A stretch of 29,735 bases of DNA from Thermodesulfovibrionales bacterium (lineage in GTDB: Bacteria; Nitrospirota; Thermodesulfovibrionia; Thermodesulfovibrionales; UBA6898): assembly GCA_044450345.1 (NCBI GenBank), contig JBIOIY010000039.1, positions 1-29,735 on the forward strand, given 5' to 3'. This document shows, one piece after another, positions 17,883-26,963 of this stretch. The notes below the pieces were generated by a model. The model searched no databases, had not been told where the DNA came from, and saw only the letters and a program-made list of their open reading frames with translations. Numbering within the stretch: position 1 is the stretch's first letter; each line of letters starts with the position of its first letter. A program made the translations under genes and the position numbers.

Positions 17883-18902
17883 TTACTCGATGACCCTTGT
17901 TACCGATTTCATAAAAGACCGCGGAATCTGAAACTGTCCTGCCTTGGCCGTCTTCATGTTAATGATCAAATCCATTTTTTTTAGCGGTTCTACCGGAATA
18001 GACGACGGCTTTACACCCTTCAATATCTTTACCGCTTTTTCCCCTGCCAGCCGGCCTATCGCATAGGCGTCTACCGTAATTCCTAAGAGGGCGCCCCGTT
18101 CCACGTGGTCTTCTGATTGCGATGCCGTAATCACCTTGGCTTTTGTCGCGATATTCACTATTGTAGGAAGACTTTCGCCTACGACACTGCTTCCAGTCAA
18201 ACAGATAGCATCTACCGAACGTACGACTTCTGTTAAAACAGATGCCACCGCTTCCTTATTGCTTAGCGGAACCCGAACAACTTTGATGTTGAAGTTGTCT
18301 TGTTCCGCTTCAAACTCTTTGACCTGGATTTCGGAGTTCCTCTCGCCCATGGTGTACAGGACCGCCACCCTCTTTACCCCAGCAAGCTCTTTCATAACCT
18401 TTAATAGTCTCGACGCAGAAGTTTTGGAACTGGCGCCTGTGGTGTTGTTATTGGAGCTTTTCCAGCCTTCAGCAATTTTTGACTCCACAGGGTCCCAAAC
18501 CATGACAAAGACAATCGGGATGTTCTTGATCTCGTTAGCGGCAGCTACTGCCGCAGAAGTGCCGATAGGTATAACTATATCCATTTTTTCAGCGACAAAT
18601 TTGCGCGCTAACTCTGCGGCCTTTGCTTTGTTGCCACCTGCATTTTCTATTCTGAACTTTACCATGGGCTCTCCAAACCCCTTTTGTTTTAGCAGATTAA
18701 TGACCCCGTTTTTATTCTCTATATAGCGAGGTTGCTCATTAAATAAGAGAAAACCGATCTTTTTTTGGGCTATGGCCTCTGCAGAATGCAGCGTAAGAGT
18801 CGAAAAAACCAAGAAGATGATACACAATTTTATAACCATCCATATGTGTTTTCTCCCTTTCTGTTCTCTCGATTCCAAAGTTGCATGGTTTATTCTTTTC
18901 AT
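17883..18902 (-). CDS. Periplasmic solute-binding protein (ABC_sub_bind-like)
   Basis: Hydrophobic signal segment ending AEAIA; IGTSAA, PIVFVMVWDPV, NTTG, GRLAGEKAVKILKG...P, INMKTA. Start 18902 (GGAGG RBS) or 18839. Confidence 0.88.
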   Translation of the reverse strand: MKRINHATLESREQKGRKHIWMVIKLCIIFLVFSTLTLHSAEAIAQKKIGFLLFNEQPRYIENKNGVINLLKQKGFGEPMVKFRIENAGGNKAKAAELARKFVAEKMDIVIPIGTSAAVAAANEIKNIPIVFVMVWDPVESKIAEGWKSSNNNTTGASSKTSASRLLKVMKELAGVKRVAVLYTMGERNSEIQVKEFEAEQDNFNIKVVRVPLSNKEAVASVLTEVVRSVDAICLTGSSVVGESLPTIVNIATKAKVITASQSEDHVERGALLGITVDAYAIGRLAGEKAVKILKGVKPSSIPVEPLKKMDLIINMKTAKAGQFQIPRSFMKSVTRVIE

Positions 18903-19314
18903 TTCATATCCCTCCTTAGTTCCCGAAGTTTGAGGTAAATAAGTGCGGGGTCGATCCGGTCCTCCACAGATTTTTCGTCTTTCTACCTCCATCGGTGTAC
19001 CAGTTGGTGTCAACGTATCCGCCATTGTTCAGCCGTGACTCCGGCGTTATCGGAGAAATGCCGCCTTTGGGGGTAAGGGGCTCTATAACGGGCAATGCTA
19101 AAGGGGCTGCCCCCCATGGGAACAAACGGGCCTACTGTCGAAAAATAACCTCTTTGACACAGCATTATTCTCATAATTTTTTCTGGAGAAAGAAAAAACT
19201 CACCCGTGAGAACACTTGCGTCCCACTACCTTCTTATCGACACTCATAACCCGTTTCTTTAGCCGGTTGATGAGAACTTCAGAAAGCAGCACAGCACGTG
19301 AATAAGAAAACAGC

Positions 19315-19490
19315 TTTCTCGTGAAGTGAGAAGCAGCTAGTGTCGCGCTTTTGAAGGCAATCCACTATTCAGTTGAACGCCAAAGGCTATTGACGAAACT
19401 CGAGAATAAGTTGAGGGAAATCAGAAGACTCGAAAGGGAGCGCAAAGCATTCTCTCCATGTTCGCCCACAACATCAAGGGCGCTATCATC
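19315..19490 (+). pseudogene. Decayed REC-HisKA (hybrid regulator/kinase) fragment
   Basis: FLVK*EAASVALLKAIHYSVERQRLL...EIRRLERERK, then a one-base frameshift near 19446 to SILSMFAHNIKG (H-box-like); in-frame TGA at 19327-19329. Confidence 0.65.
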
Positions 19491-19779
19491 CTCCAAAGAG
19501 AGAAAAGAAAGTTTTACACAAATTAATCATTTTGAATGAAAGTTTCATTGTGCAAATGAATGTTATCCGTGTCCCTTATAGGGAGTAATTTGAGCCGATC
19601 GTGATCTCTCAAATTTGCGGACTTGGATTGGAAACAAACAGGTATTAATAACCGAAGCTGTTTGAGGTGTACAAGGAAGGAGCTGAAAAGCAGATTTTAC
19701 CAGTTAAAAATGGAAATCCTTGTTTCCGAGATTATCGCTTCAGTGAGGATGATCAGGTGTATTCGAAGTCCTGACTTTT

Positions 19780-20415
19780 TCATTTTGACTCCCTGGCTGG
19801 ATGGACCTCCAGCGCGCTTTTATGCACCCCGAATATCCAGATCCTTATAAACTTAGACCATTCGCTCAAGACCATGTCGCGGTCACGGGGCCTCTTCCAC
19901 CAGCCGTCGAAGTCGAGCCAGCTTTTGTCGGTCGGCGCGCTTATGACCCTGATCCCGGGCAGTATCTCCTTAAAGATGATCGACGCCCTCCTGCTGTGAT
20001 ATGGCGACGTCACCAGGATAATCGATGTATATCCGTTTTTTCCCAGGATGTCACCGGTATATTTCGCGTCCTCTTCGGTCGATCTCGACCTGTCGGCAAG
20101 CAGTATGAACTTTCCCGGGACCCCGAACTCTTCGGCCTGCTCTTTCATCAGGCCCGCTGCGGTATGTCTACCCACGACCGGCCCGCCTGTCATAATAATA
20201 CGGTCCTTCCTGCCCCAACCTTCCTTGAAGAGTTTCACTCCGTATGCGACGCGCTCCTCTTCCTCACCCGCAAGGACCACGATCACGTCAGCCGGCTTCA
20301 GTTCGTCCTTTTCATAAATATACCTGCCGGCCTTATCGAGGACAAAAGAGCGGCCGAGATAGAGAAGCCCGGCAAGGACAAGGAGCATGAGGAAGCATTT
20401 TGCACACCGTAACAT
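19780..20415 (-). CDS. YdcF/DUF218 (ElyC/SanA-like) envelope protein
   Basis: N-terminal TM, ADVIVVLAG, ERV, MTGG, SRSTEEDA, LVTSPYHSRRA. Confidence 0.9.
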   Translation of the reverse strand: MLRCAKCFLMLLVLAGLLYLGRSFVLDKAGRYIYEKDELKPADVIVVLAGEEEERVAYGVKLFKEGWGRKDRIIMTGGPVVGRHTAAGLMKEQAEEFGVPGKFILLADRSRSTEEDAKYTGDILGKNGYTSIILVTSPYHSRRASIIFKEILPGIRVISAPTDKSWLDFDGWWKRPRDRDMVLSEWSKFIRIWIFGVHKSALEVHPARESK

Positions 20416-20418
20416 GAC

Positions 20419-21243
20419 CTATCTCAGATATTCTTCGAGCGCAATTTCCCAGGGCCTCATCTCACTCATTCCTTCGAGCCTGAGCATTGTATGGCCCAGG
20501 ACCGAATTTGCAGGTCTTTTTGCAGGTCTCTTGAACATCTCAGAGGCAACAGGCGATATCCTCTTGTCTATCCCCTTTCTTGAGGCTATGGCAACGGCAA
20601 ACTCGTACCATGAACATTTTCCTGAATTGGTGACGTGATAGACGCCGTACCCTTTTCCGATTACCTCCCTCAGTTTCCGGGCGAGGTCCAGCGTAAAGGT
20701 GGGAGACCCGACCTGGTCATTCACCACATCTATTCCGTCCCTTTCCGAAAGGAGCCTGCAGATCGTATCGACAAAGTTCTTTCCGTTTTTCCCGTAAAGC
20801 CAGGAGGTCCTCACCACATAAAACCTGTTGGTAAGAGACATGACAAACCGCTCACCCATCAGCTTCGACAGGCCATACTGGTTTATCGGGGCGGTGTCGT
20901 CCCATTCGTCATAGGGACCGTCCTTCGTCCCGTCGAAGACATAATCCGTGCTGATCTGCATGATCGGGCAACTGACCTCCTCACAGGCCATGGCAAGGTT
21001 TCGTGCGCCTGTGCCGTTGACAAGATAAGCAAGCTCAGGTTCTGATTCGCAGCGGTCGACGTCGGTAAAGGCTGCGGCATTTATCAGGAAGTCCGGCTTT
21101 ATCTCCCTTATCCTCTTCATCACCGGATCGAGCTTCGTGATATCGAGGGTCTCGTAGGTCAGACAGACGAGTTCAACGCCTGAAAATACCCGGCCTATGT
21201 CCTGGCCGAGCATGCCCTCGGCGCCTGTTAAGGCGACCTTCAA
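20419..21243 (-). CDS. rfbD: dTDP-4-dehydrorhamnose reductase
   Basis: GAEGMLG, NAAAFTDVD, ISTDYVFDG, YGLSK, DQVGSPT, AKRP. Confidence 0.96.
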   Translation of the reverse strand: MKVALTGAEGMLGQDIGRVFSGVELVCLTYETLDITKLDPVMKRIREIKPDFLINAAAFTDVDRCESEPELAYLVNGTGARNLAMACEEVSCPIMQISTDYVFDGTKDGPYDEWDDTAPINQYGLSKLMGERFVMSLTNRFYVVRTSWLYGKNGKNFVDTICRLLSERDGIDVVNDQVGSPTFTLDLARKLREVIGKGYGVYHVTNSGKCSWYEFAVAIASRKGIDKRISPVASEMFKRPAKRPANSVLGHTMLRLEGMSEMRPWEIALEEYLR

Positions 21244-22265
21244 GCGCCGGCCCTCTTCCCGTATTGCATCTCATAATAAGTCCGGTATTCGCCTGAGATG
21301 ATCCTTTCCCACCATCCCCTGTTCGCGAGATACCATTCGACGGTCTTCTCTATCCCCTCGTCGAAACCGGTCTCGGGCCTCCAGCCGAATTCCCTCTCCA
21401 TCTTCGAAGGGTCTATCGCATACCTCCTGTCATGACCCGGCCTGTCTTTGACAAACGAGATAAGTTTAAGGAGTCCCTCTTCAGAGGCGCCGCTCTTTCG
21501 CGCGACGGTACCGAGAAGCTTCCTGACGATGTCGATGTTCTTTTGTTCGTTCTTGCCGCCGATATTATATACCTCTCCGGACCTCCCCTTATGGAAAACA
21601 ATATCGACGGCCCTGCAGTGGTCAGCGACATATATCCAGTCTCTTACGTTCATCCCGTCGCCGTAGACCGGCACCGCCCTGCCCCCAAGAGCGTTGGCAA
21701 TGACAAGGGGCATAAGTTTCTCGGGAAACTGGTATGGACCGTAATTGTTGGAACACCTCGTGATCACCACATCGAGACCGTAGGTCTCGTGACTTGCCCT
21801 TGCAAGGAGGTCGGAGGAAGCCTTGCTGGCAGCATAGGGACTATTCGGCATCAAGGGGGATTCCTCGGTAAACAGACCTTTTTCTATCGACCCGTAGACT
21901 TCGTCAGTAGAGACATGCAGCATCCTGCAGCCCCTCTTCCTGGCGGCATCGAGAAGGTTCTGGGTCCCTATCACGTTCGTCTGCAAAAAAGGCGAGGCGT
22001 CGAGAATGCTTCTGTCGACATGGCTTTCCGCGGCGAAGTGTATGATAGCGTCGAATTCAATCTCATGCAGCAGCCCCCGGTCGGATATGTCTCCCCTTAC
22101 GAACCGGTAGTCAGGCAGGTCTTCAACACCCTTCAGGTTTTCGAGATTTCCGGCATATGAAAGCGCATCGAAGTTTATGACCCGATAGCCGGGATGCGCG
22201 GCAAGAAAATTACGAATGAAATTAGAGCCGATAAAACCTGCGCCGCCGGTAACAAGGACCTTCAT
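21240..22265 (-). CDS. rfbB: dTDP-glucose 4,6-dehydratase
   Basis: GGAGFIGSN, AAESHVDRSI, STDEVYG, PYAASK, NNYGPYQFPEK, DRPGHDRRY. Confidence 0.97.
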   Translation of the reverse strand: MKVLVTGGAGFIGSNFIRNFLAAHPGYRVINFDALSYAGNLENLKGVEDLPDYRFVRGDISDRGLLHEIEFDAIIHFAAESHVDRSILDASPFLQTNVIGTQNLLDAARKRGCRMLHVSTDEVYGSIEKGLFTEESPLMPNSPYAASKASSDLLARASHETYGLDVVITRCSNNYGPYQFPEKLMPLVIANALGGRAVPVYGDGMNVRDWIYVADHCRAVDIVFHKGRSGEVYNIGGKNEQKNIDIVRKLLGTVARKSGASEEGLLKLISFVKDRPGHDRRYAIDPSKMEREFGWRPETGFDEGIEKTVEWYLANRGWWERIISGEYRTYYEMQYGKRAGA

Positions 22266-22705
22266 TCCTCTATCCTGAAAGGCGAGTCAGGGTCATTCTC
22301 GTATCTGACCTCATCCACAGGGTCCTTCTTCCCCTGCCCTTTGAAAAGCCTGTCGGGCAGATTGAGAACAAGGCCTTCTCCGGGTCCCATGTTTTTGTAG
22401 GCGTGGACTATCCGCGGGGGAACAACAGCTGTTACGGGCTTCCCCTTCGTGTCCAGCACAAACTTCTCTCCATACGACGGCGACCCTCGCCTGTTGTCCC
22501 AGAGATAGAGCCTGAAGTTCCCGAAGAAGCAGAAGAAGTCGGACTGGTCCATGTGCTCGTGCGGTCCGCGTGCGATGCCGGGCTTGGTCATCGATACATA
22601 CGCCATAACCGGCCTGAAATCTGTTTCATCGTATCTGAAGAGTTCGGTAAGCCATCCCCTCTCGTCGGTAAAAACATTCAGTTCTTTTATCACGACGCCA
22701 TCCAC
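22262..22705 (-). CDS. rfbC: dTDP-4-dehydrorhamnose 3,5-epimerase (short cupin form)
   Basis: DERGWLTELF, GIARGPHEH, DNRRGSPSYG, VHAY; position in the rml cluster; GTG start. Confidence 0.88.
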   Translation of the reverse strand: MDGVVIKELNVFTDERGWLTELFRYDETDFRPVMAYVSMTKPGIARGPHEHMDQSDFFCFFGNFRLYLWDNRRGSPSYGEKFVLDTKGKPVTAVVPPRIVHAYKNMGPGEGLVLNLPDRLFKGQGKKDPVDEVRYENDPDSPFRIEE

Positions 22706-22710
22706 CGTCT

Positions 22711-23775
22711 CTACACCTCCATCGTGGAGTCATCGCCCAGCATAAGCCTGAGCGCCCTGTGTCTGCTGTTCTTGTTGATCCTGACCCTCCTGCCTATCAG
22801 ACTCTCCTCCATCCTCTCGATGTTCAGCACTTCGCTTCCGTTCATAATGACCGAATGCTCTATGGAAGAATTGATGATCCTGACGTTGTCGCCTATGCTC
22901 GTATGGGGTCCTATGAAGGAGTTTTCGATGACCGTATGTTCGCCTATGACGACAGGCCCCCGTATGGTGCTGCCTTTTATGAGCGATGTCTTGTGAAGCC
23001 TGACCCGGCCGAGGACGTGGCTCGCCTTGTCGACAGTCCCCGCGATCTCCTTCTTTCCCCACTCGTCCAGTACGATCGCATTTGCCGTGAGGAGGTCGTC
23101 CTTCTTTCCGGTATCGAGCCACCAGTCGTCGAGCACGAAACTCCTCACCTTTTTCCCCATTAAAATCAGTTCCTGGATCGCATCGGTGATCTCGAGTTCC
23201 CCCCGCTTCGACGGACTGATTCGGGCTATCGCGCTGTGGATCCTGGGAGAGAAGATATACACACCGACAAGGGCAAGGTTCGAGGGCGGGTCATCCGGCT
23301 TCTCGATCAGCCTTACGATATGACCGTCCCTCGTCACTTCTGCGACCCCGAACTGTCTGGGGTTTTCGACCTCTTTCAGAAGGATGAGCGCGTCGGATTT
23401 CTTCCTGGAAAAATCTTCTACGAATTTCTTTATGTCCCTGCCGATGAGGTTGTCCCCGAGGTACATCACGAACGGGGACTTCTTAAGAAATCTGTCCGCT
23501 GTCTTTACCGCATGGGCGAGGCCCGCAGGCGAGGCCTGGAGGATATAGGTGATCTTCGCACCCCACCTCTTCCCGTTCCCCACCGCCTCCCTGATCTCAT
23601 CACCCGTCTCCGGAGATATAATGATGCCTATGTCCCTGATGCCTGCATGTACGATGTTGTCGATGCAGTAAAAAAGGATCGGCCTGTTAGCGACGGGAAC
23701 GAGCTGTTTTGCGCCGGAATAGGTCAGCGGCCTTAGACGCGTCCCTTTGCCGCCGCTCAGTATCAAAGCCTTCAT
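22711..23775 (-). CDS. rfbA: Glucose-1-phosphate thymidylyltransferase, long form with C-terminal beta-helix
   Basis: [46 protein letters not shown]; hexapeptide-like tail. Start at MKALIL. Confidence 0.95.
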   Translation of the reverse strand: MKALILSGGKGTRLRPLTYSGAKQLVPVANRPILFYCIDNIVHAGIRDIGIIISPETGDEIREAVGNGKRWGAKITYILQASPAGLAHAVKTADRFLKKSPFVMYLGDNLIGRDIKKFVEDFSRKKSDALILLKEVENPRQFGVAEVTRDGHIVRLIEKPDDPPSNLALVGVYIFSPRIHSAIARISPSKRGELEITDAIQELILMGKKVRSFVLDDWWLDTGKKDDLLTANAIVLDEWGKKEIAGTVDKASHVLGRVRLHKTSLIKGSTIRGPVVIGEHTVIENSFIGPHTSIGDNVRIINSSIEHSVIMNGSEVLNIERMEESLIGRRVRINKNSRHRALRLMLGDDSTMEV

Positions 23776-23782
23776 GCGGTAT

Positions 23783-23812
23783 ATGATAGCCAATAAAATC
23801 GCATAAATTCAA
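23783..23812 (-). promoter_or_regulatory. Putative promoter for a leaderless rfbA transcript
   Basis: Minus strand TTGAAT, 18 nt, TATCAT, 7 nt, ATG; no SD sequence. Confidence 0.45.
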
Positions 23813-23856
23813 TTAATCCGGGACATGACGTTCTTCCGCGTGCGACGACAGTCTCC

Positions 23857-25953
23857 TTATGCGTTCTTCTCTTCTTTCGCTGCCTGGCGCTCCGCTATGA
23901 TCTTCTGGGCAAGGTGCGCAGGAACCTCCTCATAATGGGAAAACTCCATGGAATAAAGTCCCCGGCCGGATGTGAGACTGTGGAGCTGATTTGCATAGGT
24001 AAGCATCTCGGACATCGCCACCTGTGCTAATATCTTCTGGTTTCCGCCTGCCTGCGGGTCGACCCCCTGGACCTTCCCCCTTCTGGAGTTGAGGTCCCCG
24101 ATGACCGAGCCGAGCGTATCGTCAGGGGTGGTGACCTCGACCTTCATGATCGGTTCCAGCAGAACGGGCTTCGCCTCTGTAACTGCCTTCTTTATCGCCA
24201 TGGAGCCGGCTATCTTAAAGGCCATCTCCGACGAATCAACGGTATGGTACGACCCGTCAAAAAGGGTGACGCGCAAGTCGACGATCTGAAACCCTGCAAC
24301 CACGCCCTCGTGCATAGCATCGATGATGCCTTTTTCGACGGCCGGGATATATTGCCTCGGGATCGCTCCGCCGACGATCTTATCTACAAACTCGAAACCG
24401 GAGCCCCTTTGCAGCGGCTCGACCCTGATATGACAGTCGCCGTACTGGCCCTTGCCGCCCGACTGTTTCTTGTATCTCCCCTGGACGCTTGTTGAGGCCT
24501 TTATCGTCTCCTTGTAAGGTATCTTCGGGGTCTTCATCTCCACCTCGACGCCGAACCTCCTTTTGAGGCGTTCTAGGGAGACCTCTATATGGACTTGGCC
24601 CATGCCGGAGATTATCATCTCCTTCGTCTCCTCGTCTCTAGTAAACCTGAGCGTCGGGTCTTCTTCAAGCACCCTGTGAAGGCTGATGCTCACCTTCTCC
24701 TCGTCCCCTTTGCTCCTGGGCGCTATAGCGTAAGATATGATCGGGTCGGCGAACTTGACCTTGTCAAAGACGACCGGTTTTGCCTCGTCCGAAAAAGTGT
24801 CCCCCGTGTTCGTCCCCTTCAGCTTTGCCACGACGCCTATCTCGCCTGCGCCCAGCGACTGGACAGGCACCTGCTTCTTTCCGAGGAGGTAGAAGATCTG
24901 CCCGATGCGCTCCCTGGCATCGGCGGTAGCATTAAAGACATTCGAGTCCGCCTTCAGCGTCCCGGAATATACCCTAAAAAGCGAGAGCTTTCCTGCGTAA
25001 GGGTCGGCGATAGTCTTAAACACGTATGCTGACAGGGGCTCGTTGTCGGCCGGCTTCCTCACCACTTCGCTCTGGTCCTTCGGGTTCTTGCCCTTGACCG
25101 GAGATATTGCCGCCATCTCTGCCGGCGACGGGAGGCAGAGGATGATCGCCTCCATCAGGCTCGAAATACCGATATTCTTCAGGGCCGATCCGCAGGCGAC
25201 GGGGATGAACTTCCTGGTCAGTGAACCCTCCTTTATCCCGTTTACGATCTCGTCGTTTGTAAGCTCGCCGCCCTCCAGATATTTTTCGAGCAGCTTATCG
25301 TCGGATTCGGCTATCTTTTCGATGAGTTTCTTTCTGTATTGTTCCGCCTCGGACTGCATATCGGCGGGGATATCTGAGGCCTCGGCCTTGCCGCCGCTGA
25401 AGCGATATGCCTTCATCTTCACGATGTCGACGACGCCGGAGAAGCCTTCACCGGCCCCGATCGGGATCTGCAGAGGCACGCCCTCCGTATCGAAGGATTT
25501 TTCGAGTTCGCTAAGCGCACGCTCGAAATTAGCGGTCTCTTTGTCCATCTTGTTGATGAATACGATCCTCGGTATCTCGAATTCACACGCATATTTCCAG
25601 ACCTTCTCGGTCTCGGCTTTCACCCCGGAAAGCGCGCTTACGATAATGACCGCCCCGTCGGAGACCCTGAGGCATCCCCGCGTGTCCTCTACAAAATTAA
25701 TGAAGCCCGGAGTGTCCATGAGGTTTATCCTGTGCTTATCGAGGTTGCAGAATGCAAGCGACGAGGTGATGGTGATCTTCCGGTCGATCTCTTCCGGCTC
25801 ATAGTCCGTGACCGTGGTCCCGTCCTGCACGTTCCCCATACGGTCGGTCATGCCGCAATCAAACAGCATCGCCTCAACAAGAGAAGTCTTCCCCGCGCCG
25901 CCGTGCGCGATTACCGCAACATTCCTGATCTTGCCTACCTCGAAGTTAGCCAT
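23857..25953 (-). CDS. fusA: Elongation factor G paralogue (EF-G II / FusA2)
   Basis: Full five-domain EF-G; AHGGAGKT, RKITITS, DTPGFINF, NKMD, GMGQVHI, KQSGGKGQYG, VDSSEMAF; not in an rpsL-rpsG-fusA-tuf context. Confidence 0.93.
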   Translation of the reverse strand: MANFEVGKIRNVAVIAHGGAGKTSLVEAMLFDCGMTDRMGNVQDGTTVTDYEPEEIDRKITITSSLAFCNLDKHRINLMDTPGFINFVEDTRGCLRVSDGAVIIVSALSGVKAETEKVWKYACEFEIPRIVFINKMDKETANFERALSELEKSFDTEGVPLQIPIGAGEGFSGVVDIVKMKAYRFSGGKAEASDIPADMQSEAEQYRKKLIEKIAESDDKLLEKYLEGGELTNDEIVNGIKEGSLTRKFIPVACGSALKNIGISSLMEAIILCLPSPAEMAAISPVKGKNPKDQSEVVRKPADNEPLSAYVFKTIADPYAGKLSLFRVYSGTLKADSNVFNATADARERIGQIFYLLGKKQVPVQSLGAGEIGVVAKLKGTNTGDTFSDEAKPVVFDKVKFADPIISYAIAPRSKGDEEKVSISLHRVLEEDPTLRFTRDEETKEMIISGMGQVHIEVSLERLKRRFGVEVEMKTPKIPYKETIKASTSVQGRYKKQSGGKGQYGDCHIRVEPLQRGSGFEFVDKIVGGAIPRQYIPAVEKGIIDAMHEGVVAGFQIVDLRVTLFDGSYHTVDSSEMAFKIAGSMAIKKAVTEAKPVLLEPIMKVEVTTPDDTLGSVIGDLNSRRGKVQGVDPQAGGNQKILAQVAMSEMLTYANQLHSLTSGRGLYSMEFSHYEEVPAHLAQKIIAERQAAKEEKNA

Positions 25954-26006
25954 GAAGTCCCCCTATATTAAAATATTTCTTCGGGACCGTTCCACGAACC
26001 GCCCCT

Positions 26007-26435
26007 TTAATTCAATATCTCTTCGACGACGGGCCTGGACTCGGCCTTACTGCCCGCTTTGTGGGCCCAAAGCTTGACGATGAGAAAGGACAGAATACAC
26101 GCCCCGAACCCGAAAAGGGCCGACAGCACATCGGGGTCGGCAGAGGTAAAGACCCTGCTCATAAGTTCCTTGCCGACAACTGCGCCTGCTACCAGGCCGA
26201 CGGCGGGCAACCCGTACACTACCATTGCCCCTTTCATGTATGTGTACGACTTTATCGCGACCTTCACCCGCTGGCCCGCCTTTGCGCCGGCCTCGTTCCA
26301 CGCCTCTATCTCCATGCTCCTGTCTTCGGGCTTGCAGGCCCCCAGCGTGCAGCCTTCGCAGGCGCTTTTTTTCGGCACTGCGACCACTGCGGTCATTCCT
26401 TCCACGCTCTTCACAATGCCTATTTCTTCTATCAC
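26007..26435 (-). CDS. rseC: RseC/MucC family membrane protein
   Basis: MIEEIGIV...KSACEGC...C, AKAGQRVKV, VYGLP and two TM helices. Confidence 0.85.
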   Translation of the reverse strand: MIEEIGIVKSVEGMTAVVAVPKKSACEGCTLGACKPEDRSMEIEAWNEAGAKAGQRVKVAIKSYTYMKGAMVVYGLPAVGLVAGAVVGKELMSRVFTSADPDVLSALFGFGACILSFLIVKLWAHKAGSKAESRPVVEEILN

Positions 26436-26441
26436 CTAAGC

Positions 26442-26450
26442 ATTTTACCA
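26442..26450 (-). promoter_or_regulatory. Extended -10 box (TGGTAAAAT) 6 nt before the rseC GTG
   Basis: Read directly from the minus strand; no SD sequence between the box and the start. Confidence 0.45.
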
Positions 26451-26545
26451 TAGCGGGTTTTAAAAAATCTGTACCCTCAGGTACGGGGGACGAGAGCCTG
26501 CCGGCAGGGTAAAACAGCGGCGAGGAGGACAGCCGGACCGCAATC

Positions 26546-26950
26546 TCAACCGTTACTATTATGTTTTGATCTCAGTTGCCCGGTCTTTTTTGAAAGCCTT
26601 GCCCAGGAGAGCAGACCGATCCCGGCAAGCAAAACCATGCCGGCGTACTTGATGACCATAGTCCCGGTAGACTCGTACCCCCTGAAGAATATCGCCCTCG
26701 GAATGCCGGTAATAAGCAGCCAGCAAAAAGAATACCTGGCTGTCCGCGCCACACCCGTATATACGTTCACAAACGAGACATCCAGGGCCGCATCTCCGGA
26801 TACAGGAAAGTTTTTTGAAAGCAGCCACAGAACCGCCAGGCTCACCGCCAGAAATGCGGCCGCTGCATCATGGGAATAATTATTTATCGCGATAAGGACA
26901 TCACTCATAAGAACTACCAATTTTACCACAGCAGACGGGGACAAGACCAT
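26546..26950 (-). CDS. Hypothetical multi-pass membrane protein
   Basis: 134 aa, about four hydrophobic segments, NNYSHD motif, basic C-terminus. Confidence 0.7.
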   Translation of the reverse strand: MVLSPSAVVKLVVLMSDVLIAINNYSHDAAAAFLAVSLAVLWLLSKNFPVSGDAALDVSFVNVYTGVARTARYSFCWLLITGIPRAIFFRGYESTGTMVIKYAGMVLLAGIGLLSWARLSKKTGQLRSKHNSNG

Positions 26951-26963
26951 CGCAAGTAAGCCT

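Noticed and set aside
18916..19140. Possible c-di-GMP/c-di-AMP riboswitch or leader peptide upstream of the SBP
   Set aside because: No GGCAAA...GAAA...GCAAAG (c-di-GMP-I) or ydaO consensus recognisable; the 69-aa ORF lacks support.
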